This document shows, one piece after another, positions 14,471-28,830 of a DNA stretch of 64,000 nt (positions are counted from its first letter, which is position 1; every line of letters starts with the position of its first letter). The notes under the pieces were generated by a model. That model saw nothing but the letters and a program-made list of their open reading frames with translations. It made no database searches and was not told the DNA's origin. A program made the position numbers and the translations under genes. The DNA is from Utricularia gibba (taxonomy: Eukaryota > Plantae > Magnoliophyta): contig NEEC01000008.1 in NCBI GenBank assembly GCA_002189035.1, positions 434,001 through 498,000 on the forward strand, written 5' to 3'.

Positions 14471-17400
14471 AATCTATTTGTTCTTCATCATAATAATTAA
14501 GTGGAATACTTGTATCAATGTTGTATGTCCACATAAATAACTCAGTATTTGGACAAATTTGATTTATATATACTTCATCATTCATCAATTCGTCTTGTTG
14601 TTCCAATATTTCATTGAAGTTAGGTATTTTTTCTCTTCATTCATACTAATCTCTTCATCAGCATATATATTATCAGGGATATCTATATTCGTTTGATTTA
14701 AATTTTCATCTCCATAGACACCAGTTGTACCCTTATCGCAACAATAATTTGTATAATTCTCAAAAACATAAAAAGATGAATGTGAAATATAATCTAAAAT
14801 AAAAAAAACTACAATAAGCACATTAGAAATTTAAATTTATGTCAAGAAAAAGTATTTAATTAATAATTATAATAGTTCAAAAAAGAATCAACATAATTCA
14901 AAAAAAAATGTAGTATTTAATTGGATAATTATAGATATACGAAACATTAATATATTAACACGTGAAATTGAAATATAACAAAAATAATGCAATAAAGAAT
15001 TAAAATATAATATGTCATACTAAAATATAAAAAATTATTTTTTATTAAATATTGAAAAGTCAAATGCATATATATGAATATATCTCTATAATTAGTAAAT
15101 TCTTTGTATTGGTTGTATTCTTAAAAAGGATTATAATCATTAGGATGATAAGATTGTTGGGTAGTTATTTTCCTATCTTCTTATATGTTTTTGACTTCAT
15201 GATATATATATATATAAATATTTTAAAATTTGAAAGTTAACAATAAATATAATTCTAAAAAAAGAATACTTAACTCCAATAATTGTAGTTCTTCTATCAT
15301 CAGCATTCCTTAAAATATACATGTCAATCTCAAATGATGAATTATTTGGATTAAAAAGAAATTGTATTGGTTCTTTGTCAGAAATATTAATATAGCTTGC
15401 AATTATGATACTTTTATCATTGAAGTTATTAATCAATTAAATATAATAAATATTAATCATTATTCTAATTTCATTCTCAATAATGTTTAACAAATTTTTC
15501 AAAGAAATTGTCCATTTCACTAATACAATCTTTAGGTAATCTCGATCATAACTCACATATCTATTTACAAAGGCCATGGGATAAAGATGTAGTAGATTTT
15601 TGTGATTGTAAGAAAATATAAAGTTAGATAATAATGCTCTCATCTTCTATCATTATATAAGTAATTTAAAAAATATATTAATTATTTATTTCATTAAAAA
15701 TGAGAATTATTAGTGACACTAGCATGATGAAAATTAATTATTTTAGTCTAACAAATCTGAAAAAATAAAATTATATTTTTTATTTTTATTATCTTATACA
15801 TGTTGTGGATAATATCTCATTTCTTAATATATATTATATATTTTTATTTTTATCTTACAAAGTGATTTTTTTATTACTCATATTGTATAAAAAACACTTT
15901 TATCAAATAGAGTAAAATACATACATGAATTTAAATATAAGTTATTTTACAAAATGTTGATATGAATAGAATAAATTAAATAAAAGTTTAAGTGAAAAAA
16001 AGAACAAGGATTTAATTTTTATCAAGTGTGGGTCAATCAAAGCATGAATAAGCATATAATGTAATGATGAAACAACTTATGTTAGAAGAATGGGTTTTCA
16101 GTATAGCTATTAACACCCGTTTTTCTTAATTTCTGATACATTTAATTCTATTTAGAGGTCAAAAGTAGAGGAAATAAATTTATTTTTTAATTGAATAATG
16201 ATATAGATAATTTTAATGTTAAATATTAAAGAGAAATGGAAAATATAAATTTAAATTTCAAACTTTAAATCATTAAATTTTAAATTTTAAAACTTAAATC
16301 GAAAACAAAAAACTAAATACTAAATATCAAATCTTATTAAAATTGAAATCTTACATTTTAAATTCAAATTATATTCTTAAAAATATTAATGTAAGAAAAA
16401 AATGCAACTAACAATTTTGTTAAGAATATAAATATGAAAATCATAAAATGAGGTAAAATACAAAAAGATCTAATTTTTTGATAATTAAAAAAATATTTAC
16501 ATAGGTAGCATAAATTACAAAGGAAATAAAAAAGTTGGGGTATTTGTCACATTTGCCTCACACACCGCACGTTTAATGCCCATGGGAAAAAATCAGGACA
16601 CTTTTGATTGGCCAATGATTTGCAAAACATAAGTCAAAACACAATGTTTCTGTACCATTCATCCTACAGAAAAATATCATGCGGTGATGACAATATCATA
16701 TGCTAAGAACCTATGACTTTTTGCACCCCACTAGCATTGATTTACCTCATCATCACCTCCTCCCCAGCGGTGCATTGAGTCTCCCTATCTTTAAGTTTGG
16801 ACCTTTGTATGAAAAGGAGTTAGCCAATGGTAGATTTCTATCAATTATGCCTCATAGATAAAGCAATCGAAACACCCATAGGTCCAACCGACATAAATCT
16901 CGTGAGCACTTGTGTTACCGTTGGTAGAGGGGTCCAATCATGGTACCCATTTCAATGCCACCCTCATGGGCTCTAGACTTCCACTATCCCGATTCGACTG
17001 TTGAGTAGACTTCCACTATCCTGATTTGGAGAGGCATGCATGTGTAGGAAGTGTGCATCGGGGTGCTGACATGCCAAGGAGTCCGGGAAGGGCACGTATG
17101 GTATGGGTTAGGTTGAGTGTCTCGAGTGACTATGTTGCGTGTCGTTTCTTCAACAAATTTTAAATATTTTAAAACGTAAAACACTAGAAAGCGTAGTACG
17201 AGTATCGATCTCAGGGAGTTGTTTTTCGTGAAAAGTGTTTGCAAGCAACTTCTACAAAATGTCACGATTTTGTAAAAGGGGGTTTTTAAGATTCAAAAAT
17301 GAAAGATACAATCTAAGTAATGGGCCTTGACTACGGGACGCAGTTCCTGGGAATAAGACTCTATCTCCTTCCTTTGTCCGTCCTTGCCTCAGTTTTCACT

Positions 17401-19288
17401 GATTTCTTCTGAATAGCTGGTTATAGGAGCAAGGAATAGCCTACTCTCCCTTATACTCTGATTGACAAGGAGGCACGTGAATAGCCTCATGTGATTCCCC
17501 TTGGACGATTAGGAAGACAAGAGGATTGCCTTCGATTGCCTTCAAAACCGAATTGTGTGCGTGTGCCCAGCTGTTGCCAATGGCCAGTGGCAGGTTCGAG
17601 GTCACAACCTGTCCACTGTCGCGGTACTTAGGCCACAAACAATCTGCTACTTCTCTCGAACCAGCAGGGTTGGAGTTGGTGCTCTTCACCTTGATCTTCA
17701 CCAAAATCCGCGAGAAGTGGCCTGCTACTCATGGACCTTGACTAAGAGTCGTTACAGAAAGACTATAACAAGACGCGTGGAAGTAAGCGGAATCCGAATG
17801 GAATTCAGTGAAGAACCGAGTGTATTGCTCAGGACTTGGAAGGAAACTTCATCTACTTCCCAGAAACTAAAGGTTTTAGCCCGAAAGGGCCATGGAAAAC
17901 AGAAACGAAAGGAAACTAAGTGTTCTTCCTCCTTGAGGGGAGGAAGAACTCAAAAGTTTTAAGTACAAGGGAAAATGTTCAAAAGTCCTCAACTAAGTGT
18001 TCTAAGTGGCTTTTATATGACTTCCCACGTGCATTAACTCCTTTGGGTCCCCTTCCCATCATTCCTTCTGTCTTGCGTGCGCCAACAGACTTTCTTTGCG
18101 TGCAAGTTTGCGCCCAATAATTGCTGCAGACTCTGACATGCCGTAAGTCATGGATCTTAACCAGTGTCAGTCTTCCGCCCACAATCATTCCAACTTGCGT
18201 ACAAGGCACGGAAACTCATAGTTTGATCACCTGCAATACTCCTGCAACACTCCTGACAGTCTCCTGACATGCCTCGGTCAAAGTGTGAGAAAAAAATGCA
18301 TAAAATATACACAAAATGGGAAAATAGGAATTTTCTAGTAAAAATCAAATACTTAATAATAAGACTCATAATTGGACGACTTAGCACTTAATTAATACAA
18401 TAATACCTAAATAATAACTAGAAAATGACACTTAACATATTCCCCCACACTTAAATCATGCTTGTCCTCAAGTATGAAAATCATAGCAGTCCACGAAAAA
18501 GGGCAGAACCTAAGTCATGATGCATTACTAAGGTATACTCATTTCTAGAGCAGGTATTTACTCCAATTCTTTTCCTATCCTTCAATCAAATCAAGGCAAG
18601 CCACTCAAGTTCACATGTATCAAAATAAGATTTAACCAATGACTACTTATACACTAACAATATCAAGGTAGAAGCAGCAAAGAACATACATTATAGTGAC
18701 TCAAGACCTTTTTTTTTTCTTTTTTTTTTTTTGTTAGAGGTCCCCGCTTTGGGGAAGAATATTTGGATTACAAAACCTCATGTGTGGTGTTAACCACGGT
18801 TTCGCCAAACATCCTTACCTTTGGCACCCCTATTTTTTTCTCTCTCTCTTTTTTTTTTTCGGTCTGGTCACTATAGAAGCAGCAAAAGTTTATTCACAAC
18901 ATAATATATACAAGGACTGAAAATGTAATCATAGCCATGGTGTAATCTTTCCTAAAACATGTAACAAAAGCTTGATATCTAGGAAGAAAAATAATTGGAG
19001 TATTTTCCTAGCAGCAAGGAATTCATGAACCTAAGCATAATCAATTCTGAAAATTCTAGCCTTATTCGTGGGAGCAAATGTACTTGAGGAGCATAGTGGG
19101 GATTTTTCACAAACAAAAACAAAAAGGAAAATCAAAACATGGAGCACGAAAACAGAAAAAAAATTCAACAAAGTTTCACATATACGTCCTAATGCCCAGA
19201 AAATACTAGAAAATAAAAAGAAACATAAACTCCTCCCCCACACTTAATTTTGAGGATGTCCTCATCATCAAGTGCAGCGGAGGGTACC

Positions 19289-20972
19289 TTAATTATGGGG
19301 CATGCGGTAGTGTGAAGCAGTAGCCATAAGAGTGTCCAGCTTCGTGGAAAGCGCAGAAACTTGTGCCTGGAGACTCTGAATAGCTAGCAGCAAGGTGTGC
19401 TTGGTGGGGCTGGAGGGTGCAGTGCTCAAAGGAATGTCTGTTGGCGTACTATATGGATTCACAATGGAAGGAGGCATAGAAGTAATGGTACTTTTGGTAC
19501 CCGCTTGAACAAAAACGGCCTTCCCCTCAACCTCCTTCAGGTAGCTGCAAGAAAACAGGTCATCTAAATCTAGATAACGGAGATGATTATCTACCTGAGG
19601 GGTCTGTTTTTCCAGGTTCACTTTCAAGTGTTGGGCAAGCTTGGTGATGAGTGAAGCAAATGGGAGCACTCTTTCATTCTTGGCGGTGATGGAATGCATT
19701 TGAGTTGCAATCCACCATCCCAAGTTGATGGGGAGCTTCTTCATCATCGCCCACAGAAAGAACACGATCACCTTGGCAATGATGCTGGTGCCTTGTTGGG
19801 TTGCGCTGTAACAGCCTCCCAAATACCTGTTCAACACTAAAAGAGCAGGGGCCCTCAAGTAATGGGCCTTGAGTTTGCGTACAGAATATGGGGCTCACAG
19901 ACAGACATTGAAGCATATGCATTCAGCACATTAAAATGTTCAGGATAATCACAGAAGGCTTGGAGGTAACGAGTAGTGGCTAAATCAGATTCAGAAACGA
20001 AGCCTAAAGCCACATTAAAATCATTGATAGACATACGAAAATTTTTGCCTGCAAGGCGGAAAGAAATCAAATTTTCAGCAAGGGGATTTCCAGCCACATC
20101 CTCAAACACAAAAGTAGTGTAAAATTCAAAAACAAGTTTGAGGTAAACTGGAAGACTAATTTCAAAAAATTGTCGCCACTCAGCAGAAGCATCAAATAAG
20201 CGATTAATATCAGCAAGTAGATTCAAATGCACCAAAGTAGGCGTATGCAACTTAAAATCAAAAAAAATTCTGCGCGACGTCAAGAGATTAAATAGAAGTT
20301 GAGCATTCTTATCTGAAAATTTCACAGTGTTTTTCAGCTGAGTTCAAGCAGGGGACTCCAGTGCTCGATCTCGCCAGAATTTTGTGCGACCGCGCTGTCC
20401 TTTACCTCGCTGTGTGGGCTGAGTTGCTTCATCTACATCCTGTTCTCCGGGAAGGAACTCTAGGCATGGCCTTTTATTAGCGGCACGCTCCATTTCAGAG
20501 ATCCAAAGATCGACCTCTTCGTCGATGTTGATCTCTTCAGGGGAATCTTCGTCCTGTGCTGGAGAAGGGGATGAGTGAATAATAGGAATTTCTTTTTCCG
20601 TACCTTTTTCTCTAGCAAGTTCTTCCGGTTGTATGGGCTGCGGGCTCTCGGGAGCAGAAATTGCTGCTGGGAATTTGGTTCTGAGGACTCAAGTGTGTCG
20701 GCAGCAACAATAGCGGCAACAGGGACTGGGTACCACTCCAGGTACAGCACCGGAGACACAATGGTAAGAGGCATGGCTTCAATCGGAACAGACTCCGTCG
20801 CAGCACCTAGAGATGGCTCATGAGCAGTGGGAACAGAAGCGTCTGCTGGGTTGTTGGTGCGGCGACGCTGGCTCCTTCTGGATGGTCCAGCAGCAGCAGG
20901 TTGACGCTTTCGAGTTGCTGCCTTAGCAGCACTTGTGCTTCGGGTAACCGGAGATGTGGGGCGTCCAAACAT
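19289..20972 (-). pseudogene. Athila extra 3' ORF (so-called env-like / ATHILA ORF family), interrupted
   Basis: Lies between integrase and the PPT. Disordered N-terminus, then WRQFFEISLPVYLKLVFEFYTTF...ISFRLAGKNFRMSINDFNVALGF, LRAPAL, INLGWWIATQM, LPFASLITKLAQHL. The track ORFs join after +1 base at 20669-20671 and 19890-19893, leaving one stop near 20343. Confidence 0.8.
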
Positions 20973-21262
20973 GGTGGGTCGGAAAATCAGAGAATTTCAG
21001 GCGAGAGAAGGAAGAATTGAAGCGTAGGCACAATAGTGAAGTGGGGTAACGGTTAGTAAAAATAGGAATGCCAAAAGAGAAAAAGGGAGATTGAGTGTAG
21101 AAACAGTTAAGGGAATAAGTGGTGGCGTGGGGCAGGTGAAAGTAAAGTCACTTGGAGTAGTGGGTGATAAAAACGAGGAAATAATAACGGTTACGAAATT
21201 AAAGTCATGGGTTGCCTCCCATGCAGCGCCAATTTACAGTCATTGGCCGACTGTGACACCTG

Positions 21263-24200
21263 TTAATGGCCCTCGACTAGCAGTAAGCTGCACACACTGT
21301 GCGGCTTAAACTTCTCATAAAATGGCTTCAATCGGTGTCCATTCACCTTAATGCTTTTCCCTGTCTCAAATGAGCGAATAATAACAGCACCAGAGGGAAA
21401 AACATTCACAACTTCATAAGGTCCAAACCACTTAGAACGCAATTTACCGGAAAGAGTTTCAAGGTAGTATCAAATAAGAGAACTTTTTGACCTACAAAAA
21501 ATTGCTTCCCATGTAACTTACTGTCATGGTAGCGTTTTACCTTTTCCTTGTGCAGGAGCTGGTTAGTGTAGGCATTGAGGCGAATTTCATCCAGCTCATT
21601 TAGGTCTAAAAGTCTGTTCTCCCCAGCTTGATCACTAGTCAGGTTGCATGACTTGACGGCCCAGTATGCCCTGTGATGCAATTCAAAAGGTAGATGACAT
21701 GTCTTACCATAGATCATTCGGTATGGAGACATTCCTATAGGATTCTTGTAAGCTGTATGGTATGCCCATAGTGCATCATTGAGCCTTGAGCTCCAATCTC
21801 GCCTATTTGGGTTCACGGTACGCTCCAAGATCCTTTTCACCTCTCTATTTGATATTTCCGCCATGCCATTTGTTTGCGGATGCCTAGCTGTGGACAGGCG
21901 GTGGTTGACTCCATATTTGGCCAATGCACTCTTGATGGCATGATTCACGAAATGGGTGCCACGATCTGAAATAATGATCTTGGGATGTCCAAACCTAGGG
22001 AACAAAATATTAGTCAAGAAATTACCCACGGTTTTGGCATCATCCCTTTCACAAGCAATGGCCTCCACCCATTTAGAAACATAATCAACAGCAAGAAGTA
22101 TGTAGAGCTTCCCTTGAGAAGGCGGAAATGGTCCCATGAAGTCAATGCCCCATGCATCAAAGATCTCACACATGATAATGGGTTGAAGGGGCATTTGATC
22201 CTTGTATCCCAAATTTCCTCCTCTTTGACAATTTGGGCATGCCTTGCAATGAAGGTAGGCATCCTTGAATATGGTAGGCCAATAAAATCCAGCCTCCAGA
22301 ACCTTCTTTGCAGTAACTTTTGCACCAAAATGTCCATCGCAAGGTAGCTCATGGCAATGTGAAAGAATAGAGTGCACTTCATCTTGGGGGATGCATCTCC
22401 TAATAATCTGATCAGTTCCGATTTTCCAGAGGTATGGATCATCCCAGATGAAATTCAGGCTATCACTCCTCAATTTCTCCTTCTGGTAGTGCTGGAAATC
22501 TGCAGGAAACTGTCCAGTCACTAAAAAATTAACAATGTCAGCGTACCAGGGACTCTCGTCATGAATCATGAATAAGTGTTCGTCCGGGAAACTGTCATCG
22601 ATAAGACTTGATTTTTCTCCAGAAGTGATGCGGCTGAGATGTCTGCAACTAAATTCTCGCATCCTTTCTTGTCCTTGATCTCCAAATCAAATTCTTGAAG
22701 CAATAAGATCCATCTTATGAGTCTAGGCTTCGAATCCTTCTTGGTGAGGAGATATTTCAGGCGGCATGGTCTGAATAGACTATGACTTTGGCTCCTAGCA
22801 AATAAGATCGAAATTTTTCCAAGGCAAACACAATGGCCAGCAGCTCCTTTTCTGTAGTGGTGTAGCTCTTTTGGGCATCATCAAGGCACTTGAACGCATA
22901 GTGGATAACATGGGATTGTTTATCCACCTTTTGTCCCAAAACCGCACCTAGAGCTACATCACTTGCATCACACATTAGTTCAAATGGTAGGCTCCAATTT
23001 GGAGCCTGAATAATGGGAGCGGAAACAAGCTTCTCTTTCAAAACATCAAAGGCGTTCATGCATTTTTCATCAAAATGAAACTCAACATCTTTATGCAATA
23101 AGGCACATAGAGGAGATGCAATTTTTGAAAAATCTTGAATAAACCTACGATAAAATCCAGCATGTCCAAGGAAAGAACGTACATCTCTCACACAAGTAGG
23201 ATAAGGTAATTTTTGGATTACCTCAATTTTGGCCTTGTCAACCTCAATTTCCTTTTGGGAAACAACATGTCCTAAAATGATACCTTGTTCTACCATGAAA
23301 TGACATTTCTCATAAATCAAAACAAGGTTAGTCTCTACACAACGTTTCAGAATCAAAGACAAATTAGCAAGACATTCATCAAAGCTATTTCCATAAACCG
23401 TAAAGTCATCCATAAAAACCTCTATAATATTCTCAACATATTCAGAAAAAATACTAACCATGCATCTCTGAAATGTTGCTGGTGCATTGCAAAGTCCAAA
23501 AGGCATTTTATGGTAAGCAAAAGTTCCAAAAGGGCAAACGAAAACAACCTTAGATTGGTCCTCAAGAGCCACGGGTATTTGATGAAAACCGGAGTATCCA
23601 TCCAAGCAGCAATAATGACTCCTCCAGCAAGTCTTTCCAACATTTGGTCGATGAATGGAAGTGGGTAGTGGTCCTTCTTGGTGGCTGCGCTCAATTTTCG
23701 GTAATCTACGCACATTCGCCAGCCATTTTGCACTCTTGTAGGCAGGAGTTCCCCTTGGTCATTGGCCATGACTGTGATACCTGTTTTCTTCGGGACAACC
23801 TGCACAGGGCTAACCCACTCACTATCAGAAATATGATAGATTATACCTGCAGCCAATAACTTCAGAATCTCCTTCTTGACCACTTCAATCATAGGTGGAT
23901 TCAATCTCCTCTGGGGTTGGCGAATTGGCTTTGTTCCCTCCTCCAAATAGATGCGGTGAGTGCATATGGAGGGGCTTATTCCTTTGATATCCACCAATGT
24001 CCACCCAATTGCCTGTTTGTGCTCCTGGAGCACACTCCTGAGTTTTTCCTCCTGTTCCAGGGTTAGTGTACTAGAGATAATAACAGGTAAAGTCTCATTT
24101 TCGCCCAGAAATAAATATTTCAAATGTTTAGGCAGTGTTTTTAACTCTAGTAATGGGCATGAATAACGGAAGGAATCAGCAGTTTCTCAGGCATTTCTAA

Positions 24201-26810
24201 ACTCAGAAAAGCAACGTCAGAAAATTCAGTTTTTCAGGAAAATAATCAAGATAATTTAAAAGTTCGGAATCAGAAAAAGAAATACGATCAGAATCAAAGT
24301 TTTCAGTAAGACATTTGAGCAAGGGATCTTGCTCATGGACCATCGCTAAGTGTTCTACATCTGCGTCAGATGTAGATATTGAGCAAATCTCGTTAATCTG
24401 GTCCGGATATTGCATGGTTTTGTCCAGGCTAAAGTCCAGCACCTGTCCATCAAACTGTAGAGAAATCGTGCCGGCTTGGACATCAATTTTGGTGCCTGCA
24501 GTAGCCATAAACGGTCGTCCCAAATGATGGACTCCGAAATCATGGGATTTTCGCTCTCCATTGGAATAACTAAAAAGTCAGCAGGAAAAATCAAATTTTC
24601 AACATGCACAAACACATCATCAACTCTACCATCAGGCTTCACATGTGATCTATCAGCTAATTGACAAACAACACTAGTAGGCTCAAGTTTACCTAGCTTA
24701 GATGCAAGAGAAAGATAAAGAGATCTAGGCATAACATTAACCGATGCTCCTAAATCACACATGGCAACTGAAATTTTGGTTTCACCAATAGTAACAGGTA
24801 TGGAAAACATACCTAGATCCTTACACTTTCTTGGAAGCCTTCTCTGAATAATTGCTGAAATATTTTCAGTCAAGGGAATTACCTCTTCCACTTTTTCCTT
24901 CTTCTTGGGGTCACATAAATCCTTCAACATTTTCGCATATTTCGGCACTTGATCTATCATGTCCAGCAAGGGAATATTCACATTCACCTTCTTCATCACC
25001 TCCATGAATGCTTTCAGTCCACGTTTGTCCTTATTTTTCCTGCGAAGTCTCATAGGAAAAGGAGGTGGAATGACTAGAGACTTGGGTTGATCAACTTCTT
25101 TCGACTCCTCTTCCTTCACTTCTTTAGGTGGCGTTGGTACAGGAGTGTTCTGGACTGGAGAATCATCAGGATGCTCTAAAATAATCTCCTCATCCACGTC
25201 ATCATCGTCATCCAAGACTTCTAATTCTTTTTCGTCAGATCTGTCCACCTTAGTCATGAACCATGGGTAAGGTTCCGGTAGATCCTTCCCACTTCTTAAG
25301 GATATGGCGTTGATGTGCTCTGGGTTCTTCACTGGTTGGGATGGCAGTGCACCTTGCGTCTCCAGTCAGTTCATGGCTTGAACCAGCTGGGTAATCTGGG
25401 TTTGCATGCTTGTAATTCGTCCTTCCATGTCTTTTTGCGCAGCATGCATTTTGGTGGTGCTTTCGGCAAGGGACTTCACCAAGGACTCCAGATTATGATT
25501 TGGCTGATAAGGAACAAGAGGTTGATCTGGAACTCCAGTGATTTGCAAAGGTTGAGGCGGAGCAGTGAGAGTTTTCTGAGAAACAGCAGATGGGTTCCTA
25601 GTGATGGGGCTTGACCAGGAGGCACTGGTTGTCTCTAGCGGAAACCAGGATGATCTCTTCGCGGCATTTGGTGGTTTCCGTAATTATAACTTCCTCCTTG
25701 GTTCTGGTAGAATGCATTCACCTCTTCTACTTGCATCTCGTGTATCATAGGTCCTGGATCAGAAAGATGAGAGGTTGAAGATCCGTGATACCTTCCTTGT
25801 TGTTGGAGGAGTGATTGGAAGCCAAGCTTCAAGGTATCACTCATAGCAGCAAGTTGAGCTAAAACTTCGGAATTATCCACTTCGTGCACTGATTTTACAG
25901 GCTGGGAATTTCCTCTAGGTGCTCGGTATGAGTAGTCATAACGACTGGAAGTAGAATAAGAGTTGGCAGCCATTTGTTCGATCAATCTGCGGGCATCAGC
26001 GCTGTGGCGGTTCTCTAGTAATGACCCATTACAAGCGGCATCCATTTGTCCTCTGATCATGGGGGTCAGTCCTTCGTAGAAATGTTGTAAAATTTGACCT
26101 TCAGTAAGCCCATGCTGTGGATAAGTGTTACATATCCGGTTGAATCTGTCATAATACTCCTGTAAATTCTCTCCTTCACTTTGTAGCATGGTAGCTAAAG
26201 CTCTTCTTCCCACGGAGGCTCTTCCTAGGGGCGCATATCTATCAAGAAACTTTTGAACCATTTGCTCCCAGGTAGCAATAGAGGATGGTGGTAGTCCATA
26301 CAGCCACTCCAAGGCTCGCTCAGTGAGACTGAAAGGGAAGACCCGCAGTTTGACTTGGTTCTCCGTAGCACCTTTTGGGCGCATGGATGCACAAGCCGTG
26401 TGCAACTCTCTAAGATGACGATTTGGGTCGTCATTTTCTCTCCCAGCGAACTTAGGAAGTGTCTGGAACAAATATGGTCGAAGCTCAAAGTCCTCTTCCG
26501 CGTCAAAGATGATACAAAGTGGTCGGTCAGCATGGCTTGCGGTGATTTCTTCTTTTATGGTCCTTAGTGCTGGGCCATGATTAGTGATCGGTAGAACTGG
26601 AAAAAATTGCGGATGCTGTTGCTCCTGTTCTCCATGCATTGTGGGGACTCCAGTAGGTGGTTGAGCATCCATTTCTTCGTCAGGAGATAGATTTGAAGTT
26701 AGTTCCCTCTTTTTCGCCAGAAATGTGCGCTCAATCTCCGGATCTAAAGGGCACAAGATGTCTCGGTATGATCTTAAGCTTCGATGTCCTTTTGGTGGAG
26801 CTGAATGCAT
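21263..26810 (-). pseudogene. Athila gag-pol (gag, aspartic protease, RT, RNase H, integrase), interrupted
   Basis: PLDPEIERT, KLRVFPFSL (gag); AMCDLGASVNVMP (protease); WRMCVDYRKL, LDGYSGFHQI, EVFMDDFTVYG (RT); LMCDASDVALGAVLGQ (RNase H); HELPCDGH...CPNC, WGIDFMGPFP, HPQTNGMAEISNRE (integrase). Stops at 25635-25637 and 25366-25368, plus several 1-bp homopolymer frameshifts. Confidence 0.95.
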
Positions 26811-28245
26811 AAAAACAAAGAAAAACAGCAGCAAAACGGAAATAAAAGAAAAACAAGAAGAAAGAAAGAAAAGAAAAGAAAAGAAAAAGAAAAACTATAC
26901 ACAACACTAAACACAAAAATACACAACTCCCGGGAACGGCGCCAAAAATTTGTTACGTGTCGTTTCCTCAAGAAATTTTAAATATTTTAAAACGTAAAAC
27001 ACTAGAAAGTGTAGTACGAGTATCGATCTCAGGGAGTTGTTTTTCGTGAAAAGTGTTTGCAAGCAACTTCTACAAAATGTCACGATTTTGTAAAAGGGGG
27101 TTTTTAAGATGCAAAAATGAAAGATACAATCTAAGTAATGGGCCTTGACTACGGGACGCAGTTCCTGGGAATAAGACTCCATCTCCTTCCTTTGTCCGTC
27201 CTTGCCTCAGTTTTCACTGATTTCTTCCGAATAGCTGGTTATAGGAGCAAGGAATAGCCTACTCTTCCTTATACTCTGATTGACAAGGAGGCACGGGAAT
27301 AGCCTCATGTGATTCCCCCTTGGACGATTAGGAAGACAAGAGGATTGCCTTCGATTGCCTTCAAAACCGAATTGTGTGCGTGTGCCCTGCTGTTGCCAAT
27401 GGCCAGTGGCAGGTTCGAGGTCACAACCTGTCCACTGTCGCGGTACCTAGGCCACAAACAATCTACTACTTCTCGAACCAGTAGGGTTGGAGTTGGTGCT
27501 CTTCACCTTGATCTTCACCAAAATCCGCGAGAAGTGGCCTGCTACTCATGGACCTTGACTAAGAGTCGTTACAGAAAGACTGTAACAAGACGCGTGGAAG
27601 TAAGCGGAATCCGAATGGAATTCAGTGAAGAACCGAGTGTATTGCTCAGGACTTGGAAGGAAACTTCATCTACTTCCCAGAAACTAAAGGTTTTAGCCCG
27701 AAAGGGCCATGGAAAACAGAAACGAAAGGAAACTAAGTGTTCTTCCTCCTTGAGGGGAGGAAGAACTCAAAAGTTTTAAGTACAAGGGAAAATGTTCAAA
27801 AGTCCTCAACTAAGTGTTCTAAGTGGCTTTTATATGACTTCCCACGTGCATTAACTCCTTTGGGTCCCCTTCCCATCATTCCTTCTGTCTTGCGTGCGCC
27901 AACAGACTTTCTTTGCGTGCAAGTTTGCGCCCAATAATTGTTGCAGACTCTGACATACCGTAAGTCATGGACCTTGACCAGTGTCAGTCTTCCGCCCACA
28001 ATCATTCCAACTTGCGTACAAGGCACGAAAACTCATAGTTTGATCACCTGCAACACTCCTGACAGTCTCCTGACATGCCTCGGTCAAAGTGTGAGAAAAA
28101 AATGCATAAAATATACACAAAATGGGAAAATAGGAATTTTCTAGTAAAAATCAAATACTTAATAATAAGACTCATAATTGGGCGACTTATCACTTAATTA
28201 ATACATAATAATACCTAAATAATAACTAGAAAATGACACTTAACA

Positions 28246-28830
28246 GACTAGCATGCATAAGTGGCTAATATGCCACACACAAGGGTAGTTTCTAGGGTAT
28301 AAAACACGAGCAAGCACTCGAGCAGAGGGAGGAACGAGGGATGAATGCCTAGGCGACCGTGAATGATTTCCATGCAATGTCTAGGCAGAACGAGTTCAAT
28401 AGAACCAAGGCAAGATGAGAGCAAGCCTAGGGTGTATTCCCTCACCTCTGCATGGGCGGAGCAAGCACATAGTGTTCCATAAGTGGAAGCCAATATAGCG
28501 GCAGTATGTGATCAGGGCAAGGGCAAGCCAAGGGTGTGGCACTGATCTCCCAAGGAATGTAGAAAGATCGTCCTGGGAGAGCCATTGGAATGGATGATGG
28601 GGCTCGGCGTGCACACGAGCAACAACCTAGGGTTGTATGCCTATATGGGGAAGCAACATAGTAAGCCCCTACAATGGGGTAGTGTCTCCATGCATGATGA
28701 GTGACTAGAACACCATGCGTGGGTGTGTGGTAGCATGCGGGCCATGATGTCGGGCGAATGGACCCCCCATCATTAGATGTCTAACATTCCCTCTTGTTTT
28801 TTTTCCCGTTCATATGGTGGTGTGGAGATA
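28246..28830. repeat. Unclassified older repeat into which the Athila element inserted (continues at ~16900-17132)
   Basis: The TSD shows both flanks were contiguous. GC-richer and richer in CATG/TG than the neighbouring AT-rich DNA, similar in texture to the Tekay LTRs. No family motif recognised. Confidence 0.35.

Larger units (their letters stand above)
17133..28245 (-). mobile_element. Full-length Athila-type Ty3/gypsy LTR retrotransposon
   Basis: LTRs 17133-18437 and 26951-28245, about 20 substitutions plus a few indels by eye (~98% identical). TSD GACTA on both sides. PBS TGGCGCCGTTCCCGG next to the 5' LTR (plus 26930-26944). PPT TAAGTGTGGGGGAATA next to the 3' LTR (18438-18453). Confidence 0.97.

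Noticed and set aside
19289-20972. Calling the Athila extra ORF a functional envelope protein
   Set aside because: No signal peptide or convincing transmembrane segment by eye, and envelope function is not established for this family.
17441-28144. Duplicated ORFs at 17441-18387 and 27309-28144
   Set aside because: They lie within the two LTR copies, have no known motifs, and are duplicated only because the LTRs are.
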